From: an uncultured Verrucomicrobiales bacterium
GTDB taxonomy: Bacteria; Verrucomicrobiota; Verrucomicrobiia; Verrucomicrobiales; Akkermansiaceae
Direction: 5' to 3'
Assembly (NCBI GenBank): GCA_937969495.1
Contig: CALBVY010000039.1
Span: forward strand, 9,374-73,373
Length of the DNA stretch: 64,000 bases
The translations under genes and the position numbers were made by a program. Under the pieces are notes generated by a model that did not search any database, was not told the DNA's origin, and saw nothing but the letters and a program-made list of their open reading frames with translations. The first letter of the stretch is position 1; every line of letters starts with the position of its first letter. This document shows positions 10,782 through 20,728 of the stretch, piece after piece.

Positions 10782-11317
10782 TGCCTTATCTCTTGGACAC
10801 AAACACTCTGATTCAAGCGAAGAACGAATATTACGCTTTTGATCTTTGCCCAGGGTTCTGGCACTGGATTGAACAAGAAAATCAGAGGGGCGAAGTCGTT
10901 AGCATAGAACCCGTTCTCACTGAGATCCGAGACGGGCAAGATGAACTTACTGATTGGGCGAACCAACATGCCCAAGAGCTTTTTCTACCCATAGATCAAG
11001 CAACTACCGCAGCTCTCACAACCGTGGTCAATTGGGTCCATGCTGGAGACTTCAAAGAAGAAGCGAAACGCGACTTTCTAGCTAAAGCTGACCCTATCCT
11101 CATTGCGTATGCGATGTCGCACCCAGGCACGATTCTAGCGACTCACGAGGTTCATATCGAAGGGGAGCGCAAGAAGGTGAAGATCCCGACAGTCTGCAAA
11201 GCTCTCGAAGTGCCCTGTGTCCGAACATTCCAAATGCTCAAGGCACAGAATGCTCAGTTTGTTCTCAAGACCGGACATCATTTAGCGCCCAAAGAGTTAA
11301 TAATGAATCAATCATGA
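10781..11317 (+). CDS. DUF4411 family PIN-like nuclease domain protein
   Basis: YLLDTN, ADPILIA, THE, KIPTVC motifs. Start overlaps the stop of the XRE-IrrE gene (TGATG); this gene pair is a known arrangement. Confidence 0.85.
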   Translation: MPYLLDTNTLIQAKNEYYAFDLCPGFWHWIEQENQRGEVVSIEPVLTEIRDGQDELTDWANQHAQELFLPIDQATTAALTTVVNWVHAGDFKEEAKRDFLAKADPILIAYAMSHPGTILATHEVHIEGERKKVKIPTVCKALEVPCVRTFQMLKAQNAQFVLKTGHHLAPKELIMNQS

Positions 11318-11364
11318 AATTCGCCAGACACTGTCTGGCCAATCTTACCCAAAACTTTCCCGCC

Positions 11365-12744
11365 ATGAAACTCACCGCCTCTGCCCTCACCATCGCGCTC
11401 CTCCTCAGTGGCTGCGCCACCGACCCCAATGCCGTCAACCAGCAAGCCTCTGAAGAGGGGTTAGCTGCCTTGCCAAATACTCCCATCACTTGGGCGCAGG
11501 CTAAACAGCGAGCTGGAAACGTCCGAGTCGGCTGGATCAGCTCTTTCCGTGATGGCACTCTCACGAAGTTAGTCCGCGAAGCTCAGTCCAATAATCCAGA
11601 CCTCCGAGCCGCCGCAGCCAAGGTGCAGAGTTCTCAAGCTCTCGCTCGTCAAGCGGGCGCAGCACTCTCTCCTCAGCTCAATGCCACTGGCGGAGGATCT
11701 CGCTCTGGTTCAGGCGTCGGTAGCTCAAGAGGGAACCTCAATCTCGGACTGCAAGCCAGTTGGGAACTCGATCTCTGGGGACGAATCCGTTCAGGCCGCA
11801 ATGCTTCCGTTAATAACGCGGAAGCTGCCGCTGCCGAATATCGCTACACCCAACACTCACTCGCCGCCAGTGTTGCCCGAGCCTACTTCCTCGCCATCGA
11901 CGCCCAGAGACAAGAGGCCCTCGCGCAACAAACCCTCGCATCTCTTTCCAAAAACCAACGCATCGTTGCCGCTCGTCGCGCCGTTGGTGAATCTGACCGC
12001 TATGATATCTCACTCATCAACTCAGATGTCGCCAGTGCCAAGGCCAGCCTCGTCGCTGCGAAAGGAAGTAAACGAGACGCCCTCCGCGCCCTTGAACTAC
12101 TGCTCGGTCGTTACCCCGGTGCAGACATTCAAGTCCGCAAGAGCCTTCCTCCCGTGCCATCGCCACCGCCTGCCGGAGTGCCTTCACAGCTTCTTGAGCG
12201 TCGCCCAGATCTCATCGCTGCCGAGCGCCGCATCGCCGCCGCAATCAATAACGTGAACAAATCCAAAGCCGCGCGCCTGCCACAGATTTCCCTTACCGCC
12301 TCCGGTGGAGCATCGTCTAATGCCCTCAACTCACTCACTAACCCCGGAAATCTCGCCTGGCAAGCCACCTCTAGTCTCCTCGTCCCCATCGCCGATGGCG
12401 GAGCCCGCAAGGCTCAGGTCGAAGTCGACAAAGCCAACCAAAAAGCCGCCGTTTCCTCCTACGCCAGTGCCGCCCTCAAAGCCTTTGGCGATGTCGAAAA
12501 ATCCCTCGACCAAGGCACCGTCATTCGCCAGCGCCGCAGCCTCATCACCCAGTCCCTCACCGATGCCAAAAGCGCCCTCGACGTCGCCGAGAAAAACTAC
12601 AAAGCCGGAGAAACCGACCTCTTCCAAGTCCTCCAACTCCGCCAAAAAGTGAACAGCCTCGAAGCCAGCAAGATCACACTGGAACGTGCGCAGTTAGATC
12701 AGATTGTGGGCCTGAATTTAGCGTTGGGTGGGAGCTGGAAATAA
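11365..12744 (+). CDS. Efflux outer-membrane factor lipoprotein (NodT/OprM/TolC family)
   Basis: Lipobox LLSGC, SWELDLWGR, PSQLLERRPDLIAAERR, LNLALGGSW. ATG 11365 preferred over 11314. Confidence 0.93.
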   Translation: MKLTASALTIALLLSGCATDPNAVNQQASEEGLAALPNTPITWAQAKQRAGNVRVGWISSFRDGTLTKLVREAQSNNPDLRAAAAKVQSSQALARQAGAALSPQLNATGGGSRSGSGVGSSRGNLNLGLQASWELDLWGRIRSGRNASVNNAEAAAAEYRYTQHSLAASVARAYFLAIDAQRQEALAQQTLASLSKNQRIVAARRAVGESDRYDISLINSDVASAKASLVAAKGSKRDALRALELLLGRYPGADIQVRKSLPPVPSPPPAGVPSQLLERRPDLIAAERRIAAAINNVNKSKAARLPQISLTASGGASSNALNSLTNPGNLAWQATSSLLVPIADGGARKAQVEVDKANQKAAVSSYASAALKAFGDVEKSLDQGTVIRQRRSLITQSLTDAKSALDVAEKNYKAGETDLFQVLQLRQKVNSLEASKITLERAQLDQIVGLNLALGGSWK

Positions 12745-12754
12745 ATTAAATCAC

Positions 12755-14971
12755 ATGAAACCCAGAGGGAGAAAACTGTCGAACGATGCTCCCAAGGGAA
12801 GCCATAGAGACGACACATATGGGCGTAAGGATTTTGCCCGACAAATTGCCACTGAAATAAGAGCTTGGGATGGCAAGGATTCCTTAACTGTTGGTCTTTC
12901 AGGCCCTTGGGGATCAGGTAAAACGACTCTAAAAAACTTCGTTTGTGAGGCCATTAACTATCGTCGAATAAGCAGGAAAATCAGAATTCTGGATTTTAAT
13001 CCATGGCAATTTTCCGGTAGGCGGACAGTTACCGAAGCATTTTTCGGCGAGCTAGAAACTCTTTTCAGTGAGGAAAAAGTGATTGAAAAGGCTCAGATTC
13101 GAGCTCTCTCCTCGCGTCTGACAGCTAGTGCGACTTTTGGCAAAGGCTTTGCCAAGTTGATGCAATTAGCTGCTCTTCCTGCTGCGGCTATCGATCCCGA
13201 TGCAGCAGCTACTTTGGCAGCGATTGGGGGAGCATCGGAAAAAACTGCCGAGGCTATCGAAGGTGCTGCCGATGTAGCCAAAGTAGATGATGCGAATACC
13301 AATTTGAGTCTGTCAGACCTTAAAAAGAAAATTGCCTCAAATCTCGCTGACTTAAATGATCCTGTGCTGATTGTCATTGATGATATCGACCGACTCACGG
13401 AGGAAGAAATTCGAGAGGTATTCCAGCTTGTCCGCATCAATGCTGATTTCCCCAATCTCGTCTACCTACTTTTATTTGATAGAGATGTTGTTTCCAGTGC
13501 CCTCAACCCAATATCCGGGGGACGAGGGGATGAATTTTTAGAAAAAATTACTCCCATAATCTACGAGGTTCCCAAGGCACGAGAAAAAGTTTTGCTTCAG
13601 CAACTTTCAGATGAGGTCAACAAACTCTTAGGGGAACTTGGTTGCGACAATGCCTGGCTCAATAGTCGATTTCATGAGCTGTGGAATAGTGGAGTAAGAA
13701 CTTACTTTCAAAACCCGAGGGACGTTAACCGTTTTATGAACGGCCTTTCCTCTTTTTGGACACTGATGACTGAAGATTCCATTCCTGAGTTGGATCTAGT
13801 CGAGATGTTTGTGTTAGAAGCGATCCGTCTTTTCGACCGAGAATTCTACGCATCACTTCATGCCTGCGAAGAGCTGCTCACAACAGGCCGCACTTCGCGA
13901 TTTTATTTATCAAAGGAAGAAGCAACAGATGCGGAGGATAGGCAAATTCAAGAAATTGCAAATAAATCGAAAATTGGTGACAAGCGCCTAGCTCTTAATT
14001 TGATCGAGCACTTATTTCCGGCGACAGGCAAACATGCAGGAGGGCACAACGATGTATGGTTAGAGGAACGTAGAGTTGGACATAAAGCATTTTTCAATCG
14101 GTATTTCAGTAGAAATATTAGTAACGAGGAGGTCAGGGCGACAGACATTACCAGTTTGATCATGTGCCTAAAAAAAGGAGAAAGCATTTCTACTGCTATT
14201 CCGAAATGGGATCAGCGAGGCATATCCAATGACTTGTTGCGAGAGCTACTCGTTCATATTGATTCATTTTCTCAAGATGAACTCAGAGTCGCGCTGAATA
14301 CTCTATCGTTAGATTGTGATCTCTTCACTATCCGTGATCGAAAAGAAGCCTTCGGAGAGATCGGGATTACTTATCTTGTAGGCTCAATCATCTCTAAGAT
14401 TTTTAGAAAACTTCCAGAAAACTCAAGAGAAGATATCCTTCTGAAGGCCCTAGAAAATTCATCAGGATTCTCACTACCTTTGGAGCTCTTTTGGAAAGAG
14501 AGCGAGCACATTCCGGCCTATGAAGCTTCCGAAGGCTTTCGGGAAAAGATTCGCAGCATCGCCCGAAACAAAATTCGAGCATGCGCTAGCAAAGGTTTTC
14601 CTGAGAACCATGATCTAGGTCCGATTATGTTGGGCTGGAAAATGCTGGAAGGAGGCGACCCTTCAAATCCTCGCGAATGGCTATCAACTCAATTAGTCGA
14701 TTCAGAAAAGGCTCTCAAAGTCCTCAAATGCTTTATCGGCATTTGCCACATTGGGACAAATCACCGAAGTAAAAGACGCTATTCAGTTTATGGAGGAGCA
14801 GATGAACTGTTAGATTTTGAACGGGTGAATGAACTAACCAAGGGCATCAAGCTTGATGACATTGATGCTGATGATGATAGGCGTGCTATTAGAGCCCTAC
14901 GATATCACTTCGAGCAAGGTAACGAGCGCTCCTTCCGCGATGAAAATGATCCGCTGACCGAGAATGTCTAG
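12755..14971 (+). CDS. KAP family P-loop NTPase with uncharacterised C-terminal region
   Basis: D.YGR..FA, Walker A GPWGSGKT, FNPW, Walker B VIDDIDRL, FLEK, NPR..NR. Confidence 0.9.
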   Translation: MKPRGRKLSNDAPKGSHRDDTYGRKDFARQIATEIRAWDGKDSLTVGLSGPWGSGKTTLKNFVCEAINYRRISRKIRILDFNPWQFSGRRTVTEAFFGELETLFSEEKVIEKAQIRALSSRLTASATFGKGFAKLMQLAALPAAAIDPDAAATLAAIGGASEKTAEAIEGAADVAKVDDANTNLSLSDLKKKIASNLADLNDPVLIVIDDIDRLTEEEIREVFQLVRINADFPNLVYLLLFDRDVVSSALNPISGGRGDEFLEKITPIIYEVPKAREKVLLQQLSDEVNKLLGELGCDNAWLNSRFHELWNSGVRTYFQNPRDVNRFMNGLSSFWTLMTEDSIPELDLVEMFVLEAIRLFDREFYASLHACEELLTTGRTSRFYLSKEEATDAEDRQIQEIANKSKIGDKRLALNLIEHLFPATGKHAGGHNDVWLEERRVGHKAFFNRYFSRNISNEEVRATDITSLIMCLKKGESISTAIPKWDQRGISNDLLRELLVHIDSFSQDELRVALNTLSLDCDLFTIRDRKEAFGEIGITYLVGSIISKIFRKLPENSREDILLKALENSSGFSLPLELFWKESEHIPAYEASEGFREKIRSIARNKIRACASKGFPENHDLGPIMLGWKMLEGGDPSNPREWLSTQLVDSEKALKVLKCFIGICHIGTNHRSKRRYSVYGGADELLDFERVNELTKGIKLDDIDADDDRRAIRALRYHFEQGNERSFRDENDPLTENV

Positions 14972-15001
14972 TGCGGCTTCGCTTTAGCGAATCAAATTAT
15001 T

Positions 15002-16228
15002 TCATTCTGGAAACTCCCAAGCAATTTGCCCATCCGGTCGAACCAGCCCTCGTTTCTGCGGGCCGACTTGCTCCGTCATCATGCGTAGAATATCGCTGCT
15101 CACCTCAGGACTATGCCTATGGTAGCTGTGGCCATTTCCTGAAAAAGCATCCTGTGCGTTTGAGACATCGATGAAATGGAGCTTCGGATGATTGCGGAGC
15201 CATTGGTGGGTTCCTGCGGAAGTTCCAGCCATGTCATTGATCTGCCCAAGACGTCCCAAGGAGAAGACGCGACGCGAAAGCCCGAGTGCGAAGTCATCGC
15301 GCGACAGGTAGAGATTGAGATCGTCCACAACATTGAGCACACCGTCGCCAAGGGCGGAGGCAAATTGTTGTGGATCGTAATCACTGGCGATGAGTGCCAC
15401 TTGCCCCACGCGATAGTTCTTTCCACGCGAAGAGAGAGACAGTTCATTCAGAGCAGTCATAGCCACTCGCGTGCCCGCACTGTGCGCGATGATGTGGATC
15501 TTCCGAGCATTCGTATTTTCTGAGAGATAAGCCACGAGCTTGCGAAGGTTTCGACCGCTAATCTGGGCAGTTTCGATGTCATGCAGATAGGCAAAAATCT
15601 TTGGGGTGGCTGGCCACGCGTAGGAAATCATCACGCCGTCATTGCCCATGAAGTTCCAGAGTTCTGCCGATGCTAAGAGTGGATTTTCAAAAACCACCCG
15701 GAATCCGTGCACAAAGAGAAAAACATCCTTTTGGCCTGAAGTCGCCAACTTTTGGTTGATCAGCTTGGCAAAGGCGTGGTCTGCCTTTTTGAGGTTTTGC
15801 TTTTCCTCAGTGCTCGTGAGATCGCCATAGGGCATCACCTTTGAGAGATAGCCAAGCTCGTTGATTCCTGTGACCTCGCCGGGGAATGGCTTGAGCTTTT
15901 CTCCGGCGATAGGAAGGAGCCGCACCAAGTTCCCCCCGAGTTTGTGCTCTGCATAAGCAACCTCACCGATCCCAGCCCTCATTAACGAACCACGAGCGTT
16001 CTGGTAAAAGCGTTGGCCTCCACTTTTACCCGCTGCAGGTTTGCGGTCTGTGACATAGAGCATCCCTTGGTAGGGAGATTTTTTAAGGTAGGCTTTCTTG
16101 GCAAAGTCATCACGCATTGCCTCACCGAAGTGCGCCGGAGTCGGCATCATCCCAAGGCGATCGAATTTTTTAAAAGCACAACTGCTCGCTCCGAGCAGAA
16201 TGAGAGCGCTAAAAAATATTCTACTCAT
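15002..16228 (-). CDS. DUF900 family alpha/beta hydrolase, probable lipoprotein
   Basis: FLFVHGF, YAWP, nucleophile elbow AHSAG, C-terminal GHSY; N-terminal LGASSC. Confidence 0.82.
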   Translation of the reverse strand: MSRIFFSALILLGASSCAFKKFDRLGMMPTPAHFGEAMRDDFAKKAYLKKSPYQGMLYVTDRKPAAGKSGGQRFYQNARGSLMRAGIGEVAYAEHKLGGNLVRLLPIAGEKLKPFPGEVTGINELGYLSKVMPYGDLTSTEEKQNLKKADHAFAKLINQKLATSGQKDVFLFVHGFRVVFENPLLASAELWNFMGNDGVMISYAWPATPKIFAYLHDIETAQISGRNLRKLVAYLSENTNARKIHIIAHSAGTRVAMTALNELSLSSRGKNYRVGQVALIASDYDPQQFASALGDGVLNVVDDLNLYLSRDDFALGLSRRVFSLGRLGQINDMAGTSAGTHQWLRNHPKLHFIDVSNAQDAFSGNGHSYHRHSPEVSSDILRMMTEQVGPQKRGLVRPDGQIAWEFPE

Positions 16229-16859
16229 GATCAGAAGAGGATGAGGCTCCAATCAGTGCCGAGATGAAAACCGCCAGATAAAGAACTCCACTCAAAGAGG
16301 TAAAGAGCACAACCACTTTCGCAAAAGGAGTCACGGGCACGATATCGCCATATCCCAAAGTCGTCAGTGTCACGAAGCTCAGGTAAAGCTGATCACTCAA
16401 TGCAGGGGCCATTGATGTTAGCTGATTTAAAAAAGCTCCTTGATCGATCTGCAAAGCAACAACAACCCAGAGAAACCAATACAATCCAATAGCCAAATAC
16501 CCAGTCACCCCGGCGATCATACGATCGACTCGCGGCACCTCTGATTTAAAAAAACTATGCCTAACAATTTCCCGAAAAAGCAAATAGAATACCGCACTAA
16601 GGCACCCCAATTTTAGAACCCCAACCACCGAACCAGTCCCCAAACGACTTAACCCAAAGGCCAGACCGGAGAAAAGAATATAACCAAAAAACCATCTCTT
16701 ACTACTCGCCATCACTGCACCACTGAAGGCAAAGGCTATGGGAAAAACAAAGGACAACCAGAACGTCGACATCGTCGCCCATGTGACTGAAGACAAAATC
16801 AACGCCAACTGCACAAGCAGAAGGAAACGAGCTTTATTTTCAGAACTGAGAAGATGCAT
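16221..16859 (-). CDS. Potassium channel family (Ion_trans_2) membrane protein
   Basis: Pore signature YLSFVTLTTLGYGDIVP; several TM helices. Confidence 0.85.
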   Translation of the reverse strand: MHLLSSENKARFLLLVQLALILSSVTWATMSTFWLSFVFPIAFAFSGAVMASSKRWFFGYILFSGLAFGLSRLGTGSVVGVLKLGCLSAVFYLLFREIVRHSFFKSEVPRVDRMIAGVTGYLAIGLYWFLWVVVALQIDQGAFLNQLTSMAPALSDQLYLSFVTLTTLGYGDIVPVTPFAKVVVLFTSLSGVLYLAVFISALIGASSSSDHE

Positions 16860-16871
16860 GACAAAAAAATC

Positions 16872-18083
16872 CTATCCGCCACACCACTGAAGAGCAAAGC
16901 GAATGATGAAGGCATTTGTGACATCCACAAAGAAAGCTCCCACCAGTGGCAACATAATAAAGGCCATTGGAGCAGATCCGTGAGCCTTTGTCACCGCTGT
17001 CATGTTCGCAATTGCCACCGGAGTCGCCCCGAGTGCGAAGCCACCAAAACCAGCACTGAGAACCGCCGCTTCATAATCCTTCCCCATGAGTTTGAAGAGA
17101 ACAAACACGATAAACACAAACGCCACCACCGTCTGTACCGCCAAAATCACCAGCAAAGGACCCGCAAGGCTCGCGAGCTCCCAAAGCTTCATACTCATCA
17201 GCGTCATGGCTAGAAAGAGCCCAAGCGAGAAATCCGATACCACAGCCAAAGCCTTTGTGCGTGTAGGCCAGGCAAGTCTCGGAAAAAGATGTGGCACAGT
17301 ATTGGTAAGGAAAATCCCCACTAACAAACACGGAACAAAGAGCGGTAGGCTGAAGTTCATCGCAAGAATTTGCTGATGCGCCACATAGCCGATGATCATA
17401 CAAATATGCATCACCAGAATCACCTGCATAAGGCTGAAGTGATTCACCTCCTTTTCATCTTCACCCTCATGGGCAAGGCCGGCCAGGGGTTTCTCAGCTT
17501 CCTGAAGAAACACTAACTTATTTCGTGAAATCAAAAACTTCGAAATCGGTCCACCTATCAAACTCGCCACGATCAGGCCTAGCGTGGCACTTGCAATCCC
17601 GATCTCCAAAGCATTCTCTATCCCCAACTTATTGACCTCTGGAGCCCACGCAATCGCCGTCCCGTGACCACCAATCAAAGACATCGACCCCGCCAACACC
17701 CCAATCGCTGGATGCTGCCCAATCGACTTTGCGGTCAAGATTCCCACCACGTCCTGAATCACGATGAAACCAAGAGTCAAAATCAGTAAAATGATCAAAG
17801 GTCGTCCACTCTTAATCAAATCCGAGCAACGAGCATTTAGCCCAATACAGGTAAAAAAATAGACCAATAACTGATCTCGGGCATTAAGCGTAAAGGACAC
17901 CTCAATTCCCCCCACAAAGTAGATCACTCCAACAACAGCCGCAGCAAGCAAACCACCCGTTACTGGCTCCGGAATATTGTATTTCCGCAGCAAACCCACC
18001 CTCCGATTCAAATGAACTCCTGAAAAGAGCACCACAATAGCCAAGGTAATGGTGAGAAAACTATCAGCTTGGAAAATAGACAT
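16872..18083 (-). CDS. gltS: Sodium/glutamate symporter
   Basis: IPEPVTGG, GGHGTA.AW, GATPVAIANM, PLVGAFFVD. Confidence 0.93.
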   Translation of the reverse strand: MSIFQADSFLTITLAIVVLFSGVHLNRRVGLLRKYNIPEPVTGGLLAAAVVGVIYFVGGIEVSFTLNARDQLLVYFFTCIGLNARCSDLIKSGRPLIILLILTLGFIVIQDVVGILTAKSIGQHPAIGVLAGSMSLIGGHGTAIAWAPEVNKLGIENALEIGIASATLGLIVASLIGGPISKFLISRNKLVFLQEAEKPLAGLAHEGEDEKEVNHFSLMQVILVMHICMIIGYVAHQQILAMNFSLPLFVPCLLVGIFLTNTVPHLFPRLAWPTRTKALAVVSDFSLGLFLAMTLMSMKLWELASLAGPLLVILAVQTVVAFVFIVFVLFKLMGKDYEAAVLSAGFGGFALGATPVAIANMTAVTKAHGSAPMAFIMLPLVGAFFVDVTNAFIIRFALQWCGG

Positions 18084-18365
18084 AGATTGTAATTCGTTTT
18101 CAACAAATTTACAGGTTTCGTCGAGATTTTACCTTTATTATTTGGAGGAAGTCTTTTTTGTTGTGCAGCAAAAGTGGAAGTAAATCTCCCAGCAAAGAAG
18201 AAACCTGGAATGTTTTCGGAATTGAGTGTAGCGGATGTACAACAATTAATTAGAGACGAAAGATAAAGTATTAGATTGTCGGTTCAGTTAGAAAAAAGAA
18301 GATTCAGAAAAAAGATCCACAAGTGTTAGGATTTTCTCTTAGACACAATTACTGTAAAAAAATTA

Positions 18366-18393
18366 AATAAAAGCTGCAGGTCAAAACTGCAGC
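18366..18393 (-). terminator. Intrinsic terminator after the DUF2059 gene
   Basis: GCTGCAG-N7-CTGCAGC stem (18373-18393) followed on the minus strand by a T-rich tract. Confidence 0.6.
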
Positions 18394-18403
18394 ACTGCGC
18401 TAA

Positions 18404-18895
18404 TCATTCTTTATCCGCAGCGATACTCGCAAGAAAAGCCTCTATTTTAGCTGTAAGCTGAGGTTGTTTTTCTTGTGCGGCCGTCATGCCTATTTCCATA
18501 CCTTTTTGAGTTAATTGAGGCATTGTCATCAGCACTTTCTTTCCAAGAGGTGTCTGATAGAAGCTCTTAAGCCCCGTTAATTCTTTCAATGTAAAAGTAG
18601 ATGCATAGAGCGTTGAATACTTTAAGATAATAGATTCTTGGTCAATATCGTTTTCCCACCAGTTAGTAAATATGGCGCTAAGCTCAGTAACTTGTGCTGG
18701 ATTAAGATTCATCTGCTCAATCATAGGCTCCAGCATTGGTTGCATAGCAGCTTCAAAGCTAGTAGAAATTTGTGTTCGAAGCTCCATTATTTCTATGAGT
18801 TCCGATGCTTCTGCGAGAGATTTTTCATTCACTTCCTGTGCAGAAGCAAAAGACGTTAATAATGCAAGTGTAGTGATTATAATAAAAACTTTCAT
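18404..18895 (-). CDS. DUF2059 domain secreted protein
   Basis: Signal peptide; Y..TFTLKEL..LKSFYQTPLGKK motif. Confidence 0.85.
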   Translation of the reverse strand: MKVFIIITTLALLTSFASAQEVNEKSLAEASELIEIMELRTQISTSFEAAMQPMLEPMIEQMNLNPAQVTELSAIFTNWWENDIDQESIILKYSTLYASTFTLKELTGLKSFYQTPLGKKVLMTMPQLTQKGMEIGMTAAQEKQPQLTAKIEAFLASIAADKE

Positions 18896-18945
18896 AAAGT
18901 TTTAATTAAGCTAATGCACAGATAATGCAATCATAAAACATCTTA

Positions 18946-20715
18946 CTAACAAGTTTTACCACCAGAAGAAGATCTCCGCCATTGACGAATGGCTTGATGG
19001 AGTTGCTTTTCTACTGTTGGGTTTTTCTCTGCATTAGCATAAGTGCGCTGATAGTGGTATGTTAACAAAGTATCTAAAAATTCTGGAGCACGTTCTGTAT
19101 TTTTTAAATAGATGATCTGCTGGCGTAGTGTGCGCCCGAGTGGCATAGGGTAACCTAAGGTAGCGCATGTTTGTTTGAACTGGAGTAAATATCCAGCTTG
19201 GCTTTGTGGTATTATCCGTCCGTCAAGAGTGGTCTTTGTTTTCTTAAAGTAGCGAAGGACTAAAAATCCTATTGAGCATAAACTGAGAATACCAAGGATG
19301 GTGAGTAGTTTTGCTTGATTGATGTGAGTGCCTAAATTCATTTCTGGGAGGACACTCTCCTGCTGATCCATACTAAGGGCTTCACTGGGGTCTGGTGCTT
19401 TTTCATTTGCAGGCGCAGTGACAGTCTCCGGCCTCGCATTATTATCTGGCGGTGTGGTGTCAAAGATCACCCAGCCGTAGCCCTGAATTTTGATCTCAGT
19501 CCATGCGTGTGCATCCTTGGCACGAAAGACAAACATTTTCTGCGCTGGGTAAAGACGTCCTCCAGACCAACCGTAGGCGATTCTGCTAGGGATACCAATA
19601 GCCCGACAAAGCATAGCTGCAGCGGTAGCAAAGTGCTCGCAGTAACCACGCTTTTCTGTGTAGAGAAAATTTACTAAAGGGTTAGTTCCACTCTTATTAG
19701 TGGTTTCTAATGAATATTGATAATTATTCTGCAGATAGCTTTTTAACGCGAGTAGTTGACTGGCAGTATCTGGTTGATTTTGAAAAGCTAAAGCAGTTTT
19801 TTGTAAGCGCTCTCTTAGTGCCATGGGTATTACTAACTCCTCCTCCGTGGCGGCGGTAGGCACTATCTCATTATCTAACAAATTAGATAAAAGGAGAGGC
19901 TGAGAGATGGCACTGTAACTATAACCAGCATTGGTATTTTCAGCCTCTGGGAGCAGATAAACAGATTCGGCTAATCTAGTGAGCGTGCTGGCATCAGTAG
20001 TGATAGCTCCGTGCAGGGCAGTAAAGACATTTTGTCCTGTGGGATTAACCGCATGATAAACACGGTGACGGATGGCGGGGCGGTCCTTTGCTTGTTCGGC
20101 AAAACGGATAGGCGCTTTCTGCACGGTGCGTGCTCTAGGTGCGGCTGACCAGGCTGTGCCATTGAACTGAGAAAATGCAAATGAACTGAGGTAAATCCGG
20201 GAGTTAAGTAAGACTTGCACATCATCATCACTAGCGAGTTCTACAAATGCCTCTGGCTTATTTGTTAGCTGATGATTACTTTGTTGGGGAAGATCACGTT
20301 CGAGGTTGTTTTTAAAAATCCATGGACCTGAGCCATCACCGCTAAAAGTAAGATCTGCGTTGAAATCCTTTGTTCCCGAGCTTTGATCATCGTTTATTTT
20401 AGCAACATGATCATGCACCATGACGGCAAAACTTTGCGCTGGCTGCGCCAAAGTACTGATAAATACAACGAAACAGGCCTCGATAAAAACAATAACAAGA
20501 CCTAGGCTAAAATAATCTAACAGTGAAGCCTTTCGGAGGCTCGCCATACAAGTGCTTTGGTTGCTTTGATGTTTTCCCATCCCCCAGACTGCGAGCCCCC
20601 CTACCACTGCGGCTACGGCTAGACAGGAGCGTAGTAATAACCCCGGCCCATCTGGCCAGCCACGCAGGAGGAGATAAGCGCCGGCAATAGCAATGATGAG
20701 GAAAAGTATACGCAT
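18946..20715 (-). CDS. Transglutaminase-like membrane protein
   Basis: Catalytic triad in GYCEHFATA, HAWTE, FDTTP; N-terminal TM helices. Confidence 0.87.
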   Translation of the reverse strand: MRILFLIIAIAGAYLLLRGWPDGPGLLLRSCLAVAAVVGGLAVWGMGKHQSNQSTCMASLRKASLLDYFSLGLVIVFIEACFVVFISTLAQPAQSFAVMVHDHVAKINDDQSSGTKDFNADLTFSGDGSGPWIFKNNLERDLPQQSNHQLTNKPEAFVELASDDDVQVLLNSRIYLSSFAFSQFNGTAWSAAPRARTVQKAPIRFAEQAKDRPAIRHRVYHAVNPTGQNVFTALHGAITTDASTLTRLAESVYLLPEAENTNAGYSYSAISQPLLLSNLLDNEIVPTAATEEELVIPMALRERLQKTALAFQNQPDTASQLLALKSYLQNNYQYSLETTNKSGTNPLVNFLYTEKRGYCEHFATAAAMLCRAIGIPSRIAYGWSGGRLYPAQKMFVFRAKDAHAWTEIKIQGYGWVIFDTTPPDNNARPETVTAPANEKAPDPSEALSMDQQESVLPEMNLGTHINQAKLLTILGILSLCSIGFLVLRYFKKTKTTLDGRIIPQSQAGYLLQFKQTCATLGYPMPLGRTLRQQIIYLKNTERAPEFLDTLLTYHYQRTYANAEKNPTVEKQLHQAIRQWRRSSSGGKTC

Positions 20716-20728
20716 GGTAAAAATACAG

